Assembly (NCBI GenBank): GCA_002385625.1
Contig: DGDV01000018.1
Span: 16,570-80,569 of the forward strand
Length of the DNA: 64,000 nucleotides
Direction of reading: 5' to 3'
Origin: Firmicutes bacterium UBA3943
GTDB taxonomy: Bacteria; Bacillota; UBA4882; UBA10575; UBA3943
In this document: one piece after another, positions 9,331-16,861 of the stretch
Position numbering within the stretch: position 1 is the first letter of the stretch
How the letters are laid out: every line of letters begins with the position of its first letter
The notes under the pieces: model-generated
The model's database searches: none
What the model saw: the letters and a program-made list of their open reading frames with translations, nothing else
What the model was told of the DNA's origin: nothing
Made by a program: the position numbers and the translations under genes

Positions 9331-10365
9331 ATGATGGACGGGGGGATGGGTATGTTCGACCTGAAACAGAGAAAGAAATTGCTGCCTGCTTTGACTTTAC
9401 TGGCTTTATTAGTGCTTTTCGCTGTTGCTGTCCTGGGGGAAGAGGAGGAGTGTAAGGAAAACCCCTTGTTGCCCCAGGAATATGATGTTTGGAGCTGTGG
9501 CTGGTCACCCGACGGGTCACGCTTGGTCTTCTCCGGGAAGATGAAAGGGGAAGATTCCACCCGAATGCGGACTTGGCTTTGGACGCCGCCGGACGGGACC
9601 CCGGTTATACTTACTAATACCGAATCTTTGATGGACTTTTCCCCCAGTTGGTCGCCGACGGGGGACTGTATCTTGATGGTTCGGCGTGTCCTGGCCAACG
9701 GCGAGCCCAATGGGGTGGGGCTTTCCTCCTCTATTTGGTTGAAGTCCCTGGTGGGTGGGGCAGGCTTCCAATTGACCAACGGCCATGAGGACCGGGATCC
9801 GGCATGGTCCCCCGACGGAAAAACCGTGGTATTCGTCAGGGGCAACGGCCCATATGTGGCAAATCTATTCCTCATCGACAGGGACGGCAAGAACCTGCGG
9901 CAATTGACGAAAGGCGCCGATAATTTGTTAGCCTTTCCCTGTTGGGGCAGTGACGGCTGGATCTACTATACCAGGTTGCAAATCCGCCACCGGGATATTA
10001 CGGTGAATGCCAAAACTTTTTCCACCATGGAAATTGAGAAGGGTTGGATTGAAAGGATTAACCCCGCCACCGGCCAGGTGGAAGTGGTGGTTAAGGATGA
10101 GTACGATAACCGGGCGCCAGCCCTTTCGCCGGATGGGTGTTATCTGGCCTTTGTCTCCACCCGCGGCGCGTTGCAGCCTACAGGGCGGGTTTATGACCGG
10201 GGGGCCTTGTTGGTTATGGACTTGAAAGACCGGAGTGTCCGGGTGCTTAGCGACAAGGCTGGCCTGAACGGCGCCCCGCCGACCTGGTCGCCCAAGGGTG
10301 ACAGCATCAGTTACTTTTCCTTCCGCAATATTCGGCCGGGCCTTTGGGTGGTGCCCTTCAATTAA
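9331..10365 (+). CDS. Secreted or membrane-anchored PD40/WD40-like beta-propeller protein (TolB-like repeats)
   Basis: Signal anchor (KKLLPALTLLALLVLFAVAVLG) and repeated W/SPDG motifs (WSPDGSRLVF, WSPTGDCI, WSPDGKTVVF, LSPDGCYLAF, WSPKGDSI). ATG at 9331 follows GGAGGG. Confidence 0.75.
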   Translation: MMDGGMGMFDLKQRKKLLPALTLLALLVLFAVAVLGEEEECKENPLLPQEYDVWSCGWSPDGSRLVFSGKMKGEDSTRMRTWLWTPPDGTPVILTNTESLMDFSPSWSPTGDCILMVRRVLANGEPNGVGLSSSIWLKSLVGGAGFQLTNGHEDRDPAWSPDGKTVVFVRGNGPYVANLFLIDRDGKNLRQLTKGADNLLAFPCWGSDGWIYYTRLQIRHRDITVNAKTFSTMEIEKGWIERINPATGQVEVVVKDEYDNRAPALSPDGCYLAFVSTRGALQPTGRVYDRGALLVMDLKDRSVRVLSDKAGLNGAPPTWSPKGDSISYFSFRNIRPGLWVVPFN

Positions 10366-10378
10366 ACCGGATAACAGG

Positions 10379-10406
10379 CGGTCCTCCAAGAGGGCCGTTT
10401 TTATTT
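10379..10406 (+). terminator. Rho-independent terminator
   Basis: CGGTCCTC / GAGGGCCG stem followed by TTTTTATTT. Confidence 0.6.
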
Positions 10407-10457
10407 CGGGTGGCAGGCCGGGGACAAAGGAGTATGGCTAAAGGAGTTTGGCATAAA

Positions 10458-10487
10458 TGTAAACTTAAAAAATACTATTAGGTTGAC
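10458..10487 (+). promoter_or_regulatory. Putative BirA operator overlapping the birA-bioY promoter
   Basis: TGTAAAC-N16-GGTTGAC is an imperfect inverted repeat resembling the TGTAAACC..GGTTTACA bio operator. Its right half overlaps a TTGACC -35, with TACAAT 18 nt downstream. Confidence 0.4.
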
Positions 10488-10535
10488 CAATTGCGGGTGA
10501 TTCGGTTACAATCTGTTCTTGGGAGGTGCCAGGCG

Positions 10536-11513
10536 ATGGAAGAGCCGAGAGTTCTTAAGTTTTTACGGGATTGTGACGACCGGTTTGTCTCGGGGGAAGA
10601 GATGGCGGAGGCGCTTAGCATCTCCCGGGCGGCGGTTTGGAAGGATATTGAGAATCTGCGCCGGTTGGGTTATGCTGTCGCAGCCATCCCCAACCGGGGC
10701 TACCGTTTGGTGGCTAAGCCTGACTGTTTATATCCCTGGGAAGTGCAGGCAGATTTGGCCACCAGCTTTGTGGGGCGGGAGCTTTTTTACTTTCGGGAGA
10801 CGGATTCCACGAACAACCAGGCCAAGAAACTATTGAAGACCGCCACGCCGGCGGAGGGTGCAGCGGTGGTGGCCGAAACCCAGCTGGCCGGGAAGGGGCG
10901 TTTGGGCCGACAGTGGTTCTCACCGGCAGGAGCGGGTATATGGACGAGTATAATCCTTCACCCAGCCTTGCCCGTCGCGGACATGGCCAAGTTGACGATC
11001 ATGGCGGCGGTGGCTGTACGCCGGGCTGTTTTGGAAGCAACAGGGCTGGAGTTGGTTATTAAGTGGCCCAATGACCTGTTGTGGGCCGGGAGGAAGGTCT
11101 GCGGCATCCTGGCGGAGTTGGGCGGAGAGGTGGACCGGTTAGCCTTTTTGGTGGTGGGGATCGGTTTGAATGTCAATCAGGTGGCAGAGGATTTCCCGGA
11201 GGAGCTGCGGGAGACGGCGGGGTCCTTGCGTTTGGCCGCCGGGCGGTCTTTGGACCGGGTGGTGTTGTTGCAGGCCCTCTTTAGGCAGGTGGAGGCCTGT
11301 TACCTGCAGGTACTCAAGGAAGGTTTTGCGGGTATTCTGGAAGATTGCCGGCGGTACTCGGCGACGTTGGGCCAGCGTTTGACAGTGCGGGAAGGGGCGA
11401 GGACCCTGACCGGAGTGGCCCGTGGGATTGGGGATGATGGCGGGCTGCAGTTGGAGCTAACAACGGGTGAGTTGGTAACGGTGTACTCTGGGGATACAAC
11501 ATTATCCGTCTGA
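10536..11513 (+). CDS. birA: Bifunctional biotin-[acetyl-CoA-carboxylase] ligase and bio-operon repressor
   Basis: N-terminal winged HTH (ISRAAVWKDIENLRRLGY), GKGRLGRQW biotin-binding loop, C-terminal SH3-like domain. ATG at 10536 follows GGGAGGTG. Confidence 0.92.
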   Translation: MEEPRVLKFLRDCDDRFVSGEEMAEALSISRAAVWKDIENLRRLGYAVAAIPNRGYRLVAKPDCLYPWEVQADLATSFVGRELFYFRETDSTNNQAKKLLKTATPAEGAAVVAETQLAGKGRLGRQWFSPAGAGIWTSIILHPALPVADMAKLTIMAAVAVRRAVLEATGLELVIKWPNDLLWAGRKVCGILAELGGEVDRLAFLVVGIGLNVNQVAEDFPEELRETAGSLRLAAGRSLDRVVLLQALFRQVEACYLQVLKEGFAGILEDCRRYSATLGQRLTVREGARTLTGVARGIGDDGGLQLELTTGELVTVYSGDTTLSV

Positions 11514-11561
11514 GGAAACTGCGGGCGGACAGGCTGTTATGGCCGGTAGATCAATTATCGG

Positions 11562-12134
11562 ATGAGGGTGGGGATGGTAATGACGGGTAGAACCAAGGAT
11601 TTGGTCTTGGTGGGGTTGTTCGCGGCCTTGACGGCGGTGGGGGCGTTGCTCCAAGTGCCCTTCTTGCCGGATGTGCCCATGACCTTGCAGACCCTCTTTG
11701 TCGTCATGGCAGGGTTGCTGCTGGGCCCCAAGGGCGCTTTTTATAGCCAGGTGGTTTATCTTCTCTTGGGATTGGTAGGGCTTCCCGTCTTTGCCAAAGG
11801 CAGGGGTGGTTTGGCTCATGTGGCCTCACCGACCTTCGGGTTTTTGTTGGGCTTTATCCTGGGTGCACCTGTCACAGGTTGGGTAGACCGTTTTTTACAC
11901 CGCTGGCCCTTGGCCTTGCGGTCGCTGGCGGCGGCGGCAGCCGGTATCGCTGTAATTTATGGGCTGGGAGTACCTTGGGTTCTTCTCTTCCGCACCTTTA
12001 CCGGTAATGCCATCCCCTTTGGTGTCTTTATCGTCTCGCTGGTCCCGATCATGCTGGGGGATGTGCTGAAGATTATTGCCGCTGGCTTTTTGCGCCCTGC
12101 CATCGTCAAGGCCTTGCCGGAGCTGGAAAGGTGA
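11562..12134 (+). CDS. bioY: Biotin transporter S-component
   Basis: Polytopic membrane protein with a BioY-like N-terminus (KDLVLVGLFAALTAVGA) directly after birA. The exact start is uncertain (11562, 11574 or 11580). Confidence 0.85.
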   Translation: MRVGMVMTGRTKDLVLVGLFAALTAVGALLQVPFLPDVPMTLQTLFVVMAGLLLGPKGAFYSQVVYLLLGLVGLPVFAKGRGGLAHVASPTFGFLLGFILGAPVTGWVDRFLHRWPLALRSLAAAAAGIAVIYGLGVPWVLLFRTFTGNAIPFGVFIVSLVPIMLGDVLKIIAAGFLRPAIVKALPELER

Positions 12135-12161
12135 AGGCAGATCGAAAAAACTAAAGTAAGA

Positions 12162-12202
12162 GAATAGCCACTGCAGCTGGTGCTGTGTGGCTATTGATTT
12201 TT
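12162..12202. terminator. Hairpin terminator between the convergent bioY and immunity genes
   Basis: AATAGCCAC / GTGGCTATT stem followed by GATTTTTT on the plus strand, with an A-rich tract on the other side. Confidence 0.75.
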
Positions 12203-12270
12203 TGTGATTTTAGCAGTTTGTGGTTACTCTTTTAAAATAACTTCACCATTGGTTATTAACGCTAAATTGA

Positions 12271-12573
12271 TTATTCTTCTTTTTCCTGCACAGCTTCTTT
12301 TAATTGTGTTGCAACTTTTTTCAACCATTCAATTGGGCTAACTCCAAGGGCAGGGAAGTAGATCTCAGCATAGTTCTGGATGAATTCATTCTTTTCTTGT
12401 TCTGTAATGCTACTTTGGATGAATTCATCAATATAAGAAATTATTTCCAACAACCATTGCCTGTCTTCTTCTTCGATAATTTCATTAAGAGCAGATTCGG
12501 GCGATTCAATATCTTGATGGAATGTTCCGCCAAGAAAGTTCTTAAGTTCGTTTTTTAAATTTTCTAAATCCAT
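12271..12573 (-). CDS. Small acidic CdiI-like immunity protein (putative cognate immunity)
   Basis: 100 aa, very acidic, with the N-terminal motif FLGGTFHQD that I associate with CDI-system immunity proteins. GGGAGGA ribosome-binding site; starts 17 nt after the toxin stop; very AT-rich. Confidence 0.7.
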   Translation of the reverse strand: MDLENLKNELKNFLGGTFHQDIESPESALNEIIEEEDRQWLLEIISYIDEFIQSSITEQEKNEFIQNYAEIYFPALGVSPIEWLKKVATQLKEAVQEKEE

Positions 12574-12590
12574 TTGAATTCCTCCCTATG

Positions 12591-13907
12591 TTATTTCGGA
12601 TAGCCTGTTAAAATATAATAACCTCCGGCTTTATCACTTTTAAGAACTATTCTAGCGTTATATAAGTTTTTGACAACTGTTGAGCCTTGAGCTACACCTC
12701 GCCCTAGAATTGTTGGTGGTTGGCTTTGATAATCTAGTACTAGTCTACCTTTAGCTAGCCAATCTTTTATTATTGAAGTATTTTTTTGGTCAGTTAAAAC
12801 ATTATAGGTTACTTCTTCAGCAATTTCGAGGTTAGTAAAAGAAGATGCACCTGGTAACTTGGGATTCTTTTGCACTCTTTCAATCAATTCAGCATCTGAT
12901 TTTCCTACGTGCCGACTGATTAAATGTCCACCTTTAGCTTCATGTGTCTGTAAACCGCCACCTGGAGCAATTTTCTTAGTTTTGCCCGTATCAATGTTAT
13001 TACTTTTTGATACTGTTGTGGGCTTTTCTGCCTTCGAAGTTGTTGCCACCACCTCCGCCCCTGGTGCGGCTTCTGCCTGAGCGGTTGCGGCAGTTGCAGC
13101 GGTGGTGGCTTTGACGAATGCAAGGATGCCGGGGATGCCGGAACCCTTGGTTTCCTTGGGATGAATGTTGTTGTACTCCAGTTTTATTCGCGGGGCGGTT
13201 ATTTTCATCCTCTTTTCTCCGGCAGAGACCCGGTACCACTCGGCTAAGTCGCACTTGACCGTTTTGCTCCCGACTGTCCTGCGGCCTCCGTCAAGCATGG
13301 CGTCCTTTGCCCCGTACCCGTCGGCGATCAGTTGCCCGATGCGGTCCTGGATGACAGGGTAGTTGTTGCCCAATAGTTCCCGGCCGATGCTGGTGGTTAA
13401 GTCTAGTTCCAATTGGCCGTAGACGGTCTCCCGGTCCCAGCGAATCAGGCTAAAGCTGATACTGAAGGGAAGCCTGGGGGTTGTCGTACAGAACCAATCC
13501 TGCTGGAAAGCAGAAGACTGGTCCGGCTCGTTGCCGGTAAAATATGGGCGGACCCATTGGTTGTCTTCAAAGAGAGCATGGAGGTCCAATGTTTTCTGCT
13601 TCAATCCTGCCAGTTCATCCAGGGAGTCCAAATGGAAGAGGTCTAACCGGTAGACTACATGGAGCAGGCTGCCGTCCTTTTGGGGAACCGGGACATAGCA
13701 GTGCTCCCTGTCTCCGAAACAATGTTGCTGGATGACCAACTCAAAGCGGCCCAGACCATCCACGGAGTCGTAGGTTTCGGTGTAACCCAGGACTGCCGCT
13801 TCTTTGACGGAGATCTTCCGCATGGTCTGACCTGCATAGACAATTTCCAACTCCACATCGTCCCGGGTAACCGGCTGGTGCTTCCGGTACTTGGTGGCCC
13901 AGTTCAT
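12591..13907 (-). CDS. Polymorphic-toxin-like protein: unknown N-terminal domain, Ala/Thr-rich linker, C-terminal RNase A-like (CdiA-CT-type) toxin domain
   Basis: The C-terminus reads THEAKGGHLISRHVGKSDAELIER...NARIVLK...GGYYILTGYPK (His-x10-Arg, then a terminal Thr-x-Tyr). The linker is ATTAATAATAQAEAAPGAEVVATTSKAEKPTT. No signal peptide, LXG, Rhs or FHA repeats. The 5' boundary is uncertain (see findings). Confidence 0.7.
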   Translation of the reverse strand: MNWATKYRKHQPVTRDDVELEIVYAGQTMRKISVKEAAVLGYTETYDSVDGLGRFELVIQQHCFGDREHCYVPVPQKDGSLLHVVYRLDLFHLDSLDELAGLKQKTLDLHALFEDNQWVRPYFTGNEPDQSSAFQQDWFCTTTPRLPFSISFSLIRWDRETVYGQLELDLTTSIGRELLGNNYPVIQDRIGQLIADGYGAKDAMLDGGRRTVGSKTVKCDLAEWYRVSAGEKRMKITAPRIKLEYNNIHPKETKGSGIPGILAFVKATTAATAATAQAEAAPGAEVVATTSKAEKPTTVSKSNNIDTGKTKKIAPGGGLQTHEAKGGHLISRHVGKSDAELIERVQKNPKLPGASSFTNLEIAEEVTYNVLTDQKNTSIIKDWLAKGRLVLDYQSQPPTILGRGVAQGSTVVKNLYNARIVLKSDKAGGYYILTGYPK

Positions 13908-14248
13908 GAAAGCTGTGTCACCCGGGGAGATCTTGCCGATGATGATGGCAAGCCGGGCGACGGGGAAGTAAATGACCTTTTTCTCTTGTCGATTGGTTTG
14001 AACTGGTGGTGGGCTGGTTTGTGCATCTGCAGGATCGGATCTTGCAGATGTAGGATGAAATAGTTCATCTGCAGAAATTGATCTTGTAGATGGAGAATGG
14101 GAGCCTGCATTTGCAGAATTAGATCTTGCAATTGATGAATTAGATCCTGCAACTGCAGAATTCGATTCTGCAATTGAAGAATTCTCCGGTGCAGATGTAA
14201 ATTTGTTTTCTGCAGGTGTAGGAAGTTTTTCTGCAGCTTTGGCGCCAA
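13904..14248 (-). CDS. Hypothetical 114-aa Leu/Gln heptad-repeat ORF; may not be a real gene
   Basis: TTG start 5 nt after the HD gene stop, and its stop overlaps the toxin ATG (ATGA). It translates to repeated (I/F)L(Q/H)(L/M)Q(D/N)x heptads. The overlapping frame is equally open, so this call is weak. Confidence 0.3.
   Translation of the reverse strand: MAPKLQKNFLHLQKTNLHLHRRILQLQNRILQLQDLIHQLQDLILQMQAPILHLQDQFLQMNYFILHLQDPILQMHKPAHHQFKPIDKRKRSFTSPSPGLPSSSARSPRVTQLS
14006..14236 (-). repeat. Eleven degenerate 21-bp tandem repeats (CTGCAG-containing units)
   Basis: Minus-strand units such as TTGCAGGATCTAATTCATCAA and TTGCAAGATCTAATTCTGCAA. The period is exactly 21 nt and two of the three frames are open. 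Confidence 0.9.
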
Positions 14249-14253
14249 TCGCC

Positions 14254-14943
14254 CTATGCTTCCCCGTTGATCTCCCGGTGGAGGCGGGCGAAGAAGTCTA
14301 CCATAAACGCTACCCGGTCCCGGGCGATGGCCCGGGCTTTTTCTGTGAAGAGGCGGGCGGGGAGATGTTTTAGTTTTAGCTCAAACTCCAGGTCCGTGGT
14401 GTGTTTGGCAATATCCTTCACCCGCCCGGCCGGGTCGGCGCCGACCAGGTTCTCCCGGATGTATTTTTCCAGGGGCATCTGGTTGTACAGCGGTTCACCG
14501 TACTGGCCGGCCAAAGCGTAGGAGCGGGCCAGGCCGATGGCGCCGAGGACGTCGAGCTTGTCGGCGTCAAAGAGGATCTTCGCCTCCAGACGTTGCGGCG
14601 GGCAATCCGAGCGGAAACGATGGGTGCGGATGCACTCCACCACCGCAGCGGTCTTTTCTGGATTGTACTGCAAACCCGCCAAAATCTCGCCGGCCATTTG
14701 GGCGCCGGCTACTGCGTGGTCGATTTGGCCCGTCGGATCAGTATCCTCCCGGACCCGGGCAATATCATGGAGGAGGGCGGCCAGTTGCAGGACCTCCAGA
14801 TCCACCCCAGGCTCGCCCTCCGCCAAGCGAAGGCAGGTGGCATAGACTCGGTGGACGTGGTCCAGGTTGTGGGCGGCACAGGACAGCTCCTTTTCAACAA
14901 TGGTTTTTACTGCATTCAAGATTGGCTGGGACATTCTTTTCAT
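14254..14943 (-). CDS. HD-domain phosphohydrolase
   Basis: H..HD motif (LLHDIARV) and downstream DADKLD; about 229 aa. Confidence 0.85.
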   Translation of the reverse strand: MKRMSQPILNAVKTIVEKELSCAAHNLDHVHRVYATCLRLAEGEPGVDLEVLQLAALLHDIARVREDTDPTGQIDHAVAGAQMAGEILAGLQYNPEKTAAVVECIRTHRFRSDCPPQRLEAKILFDADKLDVLGAIGLARSYALAGQYGEPLYNQMPLEKYIRENLVGADPAGRVKDIAKHTTDLEFELKLKHLPARLFTEKARAIARDRVAFMVDFFARLHREINGEA

Positions 14944-15000
14944 CTCCTATATTCCAGTAAAAAGGCTGCTGCTTACTCCGGAAAAGGTGAGGGCAGCGGT

Positions 15001-15669
15001 TTACTTTAAATGCTCAGGTAATTTCTCCAGTAACATACTTAGCGGCAGGGCGGCCAGGGAGTCTAGGCGCAGGTCCGCCCGGGAGTAGTCCAGGGCTCGG
15101 GTCATGGGGCCGGGGACGGCGATGCAAAAGATTCCCGCTTGCTTTGCCGCTAAGACCCCGTTGGGTGAGTCTTCGAAGGCCAGGACCTCCGCCGGGCTGA
15201 GGCCGAGACCATCCAGTGCCGCTAAATAAACCTCGGGGGATGGCTTGGTGCGTGTCACATCGTCGGAGCACTTGATCACCGGAAAGTCCGCCAAGAGCCC
15301 GCGGCGGGCGAGGTGGCCGGTGACCCATTCCCGGGAGGAACTGGAGGCAATGGCCAGTTTTAACCCCAGGGCTTGGGCCGCTCGGATATACTCCCTTACA
15401 CCGGGGAGCAGAGGCTGGGCGTCGGCCAGCTCCCGGTGGCGGCGGCGGCGCTGGAACCGCACGGCCTCTCGGTCGAAGGGATGGCCGAGCAATTGTTCCA
15501 GGTGGTCATAGAGGTTGAAATGATCCGATGAACTCCCGATGGTGGTAAGGTACAGCTTGCGGTCCAAAGTCACCCCAAAGGATTGATAGATCTCCTGCCA
15601 GGCCTGATAACACGGTTCCTCGGTCTCAATGATTAAACCATCGAAATCAAAGATTAAAGCCTTGATCAT
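15001..15669 (-). CDS. HAD-superfamily hydrolase (beta-phosphoglucomutase/phosphatase-like, subfamily IA)
   Basis: Motif I FDFDGLI, motif II IASSS, C-terminal FEDSPNGVLAAKQAG. Confidence 0.88.
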   Translation of the reverse strand: MIKALIFDFDGLIIETEEPCYQAWQEIYQSFGVTLDRKLYLTTIGSSSDHFNLYDHLEQLLGHPFDREAVRFQRRRRHRELADAQPLLPGVREYIRAAQALGLKLAIASSSSREWVTGHLARRGLLADFPVIKCSDDVTRTKPSPEVYLAALDGLGLSPAEVLAFEDSPNGVLAAKQAGIFCIAVPGPMTRALDYSRADLRLDSLAALPLSMLLEKLPEHLK

Positions 15670-15915
15670 AGTTTACCTCCCTGCCGGCCTTCCCTTTAAG
15701 GCAATTCCGTCAATCCCGCCATTTTCCTGCTGGAGAAGGGCGAAAGAACGGTTAATTGTTGCATCCAGTGTTAAGAAGCAGACCTGTTGTAAGAAAGACA
15801 TCCGTAGTTAATGGTTTTGCTGTAAAATAGAGGAGAAACGACCAGGCGGGACAAGAATGCCGGTTGGCTGCAAAGTGGCGCAAAGCGCCCCGACTGCCGC
15901 AAATGCGGTTGTGAG

Positions 15916-16782
15916 GTGGAAGGCATGGAGGAGCGAAGGATCATCGGTCAAATGACGGTGGGTAAGGAGGATGGCGGGCGGCCTATTATCGAGCTGCTCC
16001 GGGAGGTGCTGGCCTTGCCCAAACGGCAGATTAAAAAGGCCATTGCCACCCGGGGGATTCGCCTGAACGGGCGGCCGGTCCATTCGGAGCGCCGGGTTAA
16101 AGCTGGTGATTACTTGGAGGTATCCCTGCCCGGACAAGAGCAGGTAAAGGTGGAACCTGTGCCAATGGAGTTGGCTATTCTCTACGAAGACCAGTGGCTC
16201 TTGGCGGTGAACAAGCCCGTCGGTATTAATGTCCATAACACCCATCCCGGCCAACCGCCTGCTCTAGCCAATGGGGTGGCCCACTACTTCCAGGCAAAGG
16301 GGCGGGCAGTCACGCCGCGGCCGGTCCATCGCTTGGACCGGGAAGCGTCGGGGGTGGTTTTGTTCGCCAAGGACTCCGCCGCCCAAACTCGCTTAACAGC
16401 CGCGTGGACCGGTGAGACGGTCCGCAAGACCTATTGGGCCTTGGTGGAGGGGGCGCTGGCCACTGCCGGGGAAGTCCGGACGCCCATCCGGGGAAAGGCC
16501 GCCCATACCGTTTATCGACCCCTCAATCAGCATGACGGTTATACTGAGCTAGCCATTAATATTTACACGGGTCGGACCCACCAGATCCGGATCCACCTGG
16601 CCCAGATGGGCCACCCGCTCCTGGGCGACCGGCGGTATAACCCCGGGTCCGGTTTTTGCACCAACCGCTTGGCCCTGCATGGGGAGGAACTGGCTTTGGT
16701 TCATCCCGTCACCGGGGAAGAACTGCGGCTGGTCGCCCCGGTGCCCCGGGATGAAATTACCATTGCCCAAGCGATCAAATGA
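15916..16782 (+). CDS. RluA-family pseudouridine synthase with an S4-like N-terminus
   Basis: HRLDREASGVVLFAK catalytic motif and the TGRTHQIRIHL motif. GTG start. Confidence 0.88.
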   Translation: MEGMEERRIIGQMTVGKEDGGRPIIELLREVLALPKRQIKKAIATRGIRLNGRPVHSERRVKAGDYLEVSLPGQEQVKVEPVPMELAILYEDQWLLAVNKPVGINVHNTHPGQPPALANGVAHYFQAKGRAVTPRPVHRLDREASGVVLFAKDSAAQTRLTAAWTGETVRKTYWALVEGALATAGEVRTPIRGKAAHTVYRPLNQHDGYTELAINIYTGRTHQIRIHLAQMGHPLLGDRRYNPGSGFCTNRLALHGEELALVHPVTGEELRLVAPVPRDEITIAQAIK

Positions 16783-16861
16783 CGAAAACGGCTTGAACAG
16801 TGGCGGGGACTGGGAGGGGGCGGAAGCCGGTGCTGTTGTCGGGATGGACGGAGCCTATAGA

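Noticed and set aside
12304-12558. 84-aa plus-strand ORF antisense to the immunity gene.
   Set aside because: It is an AT-rich shadow ORF with no ribosome-binding site. The minus-strand gene has a strong ribosome-binding site and an immunity-like motif.
14225-14231. G AAA AAC in the first repeat unit as a possible -1 slippery site joining the heptad-repeat ORF to the toxin frame.
   Set aside because: It is not a canonical X XXY YYZ heptamer in the zero frame, and I could not identify an obvious downstream stimulatory structure. I keep it only as one hypothesis under the open-frame finding.
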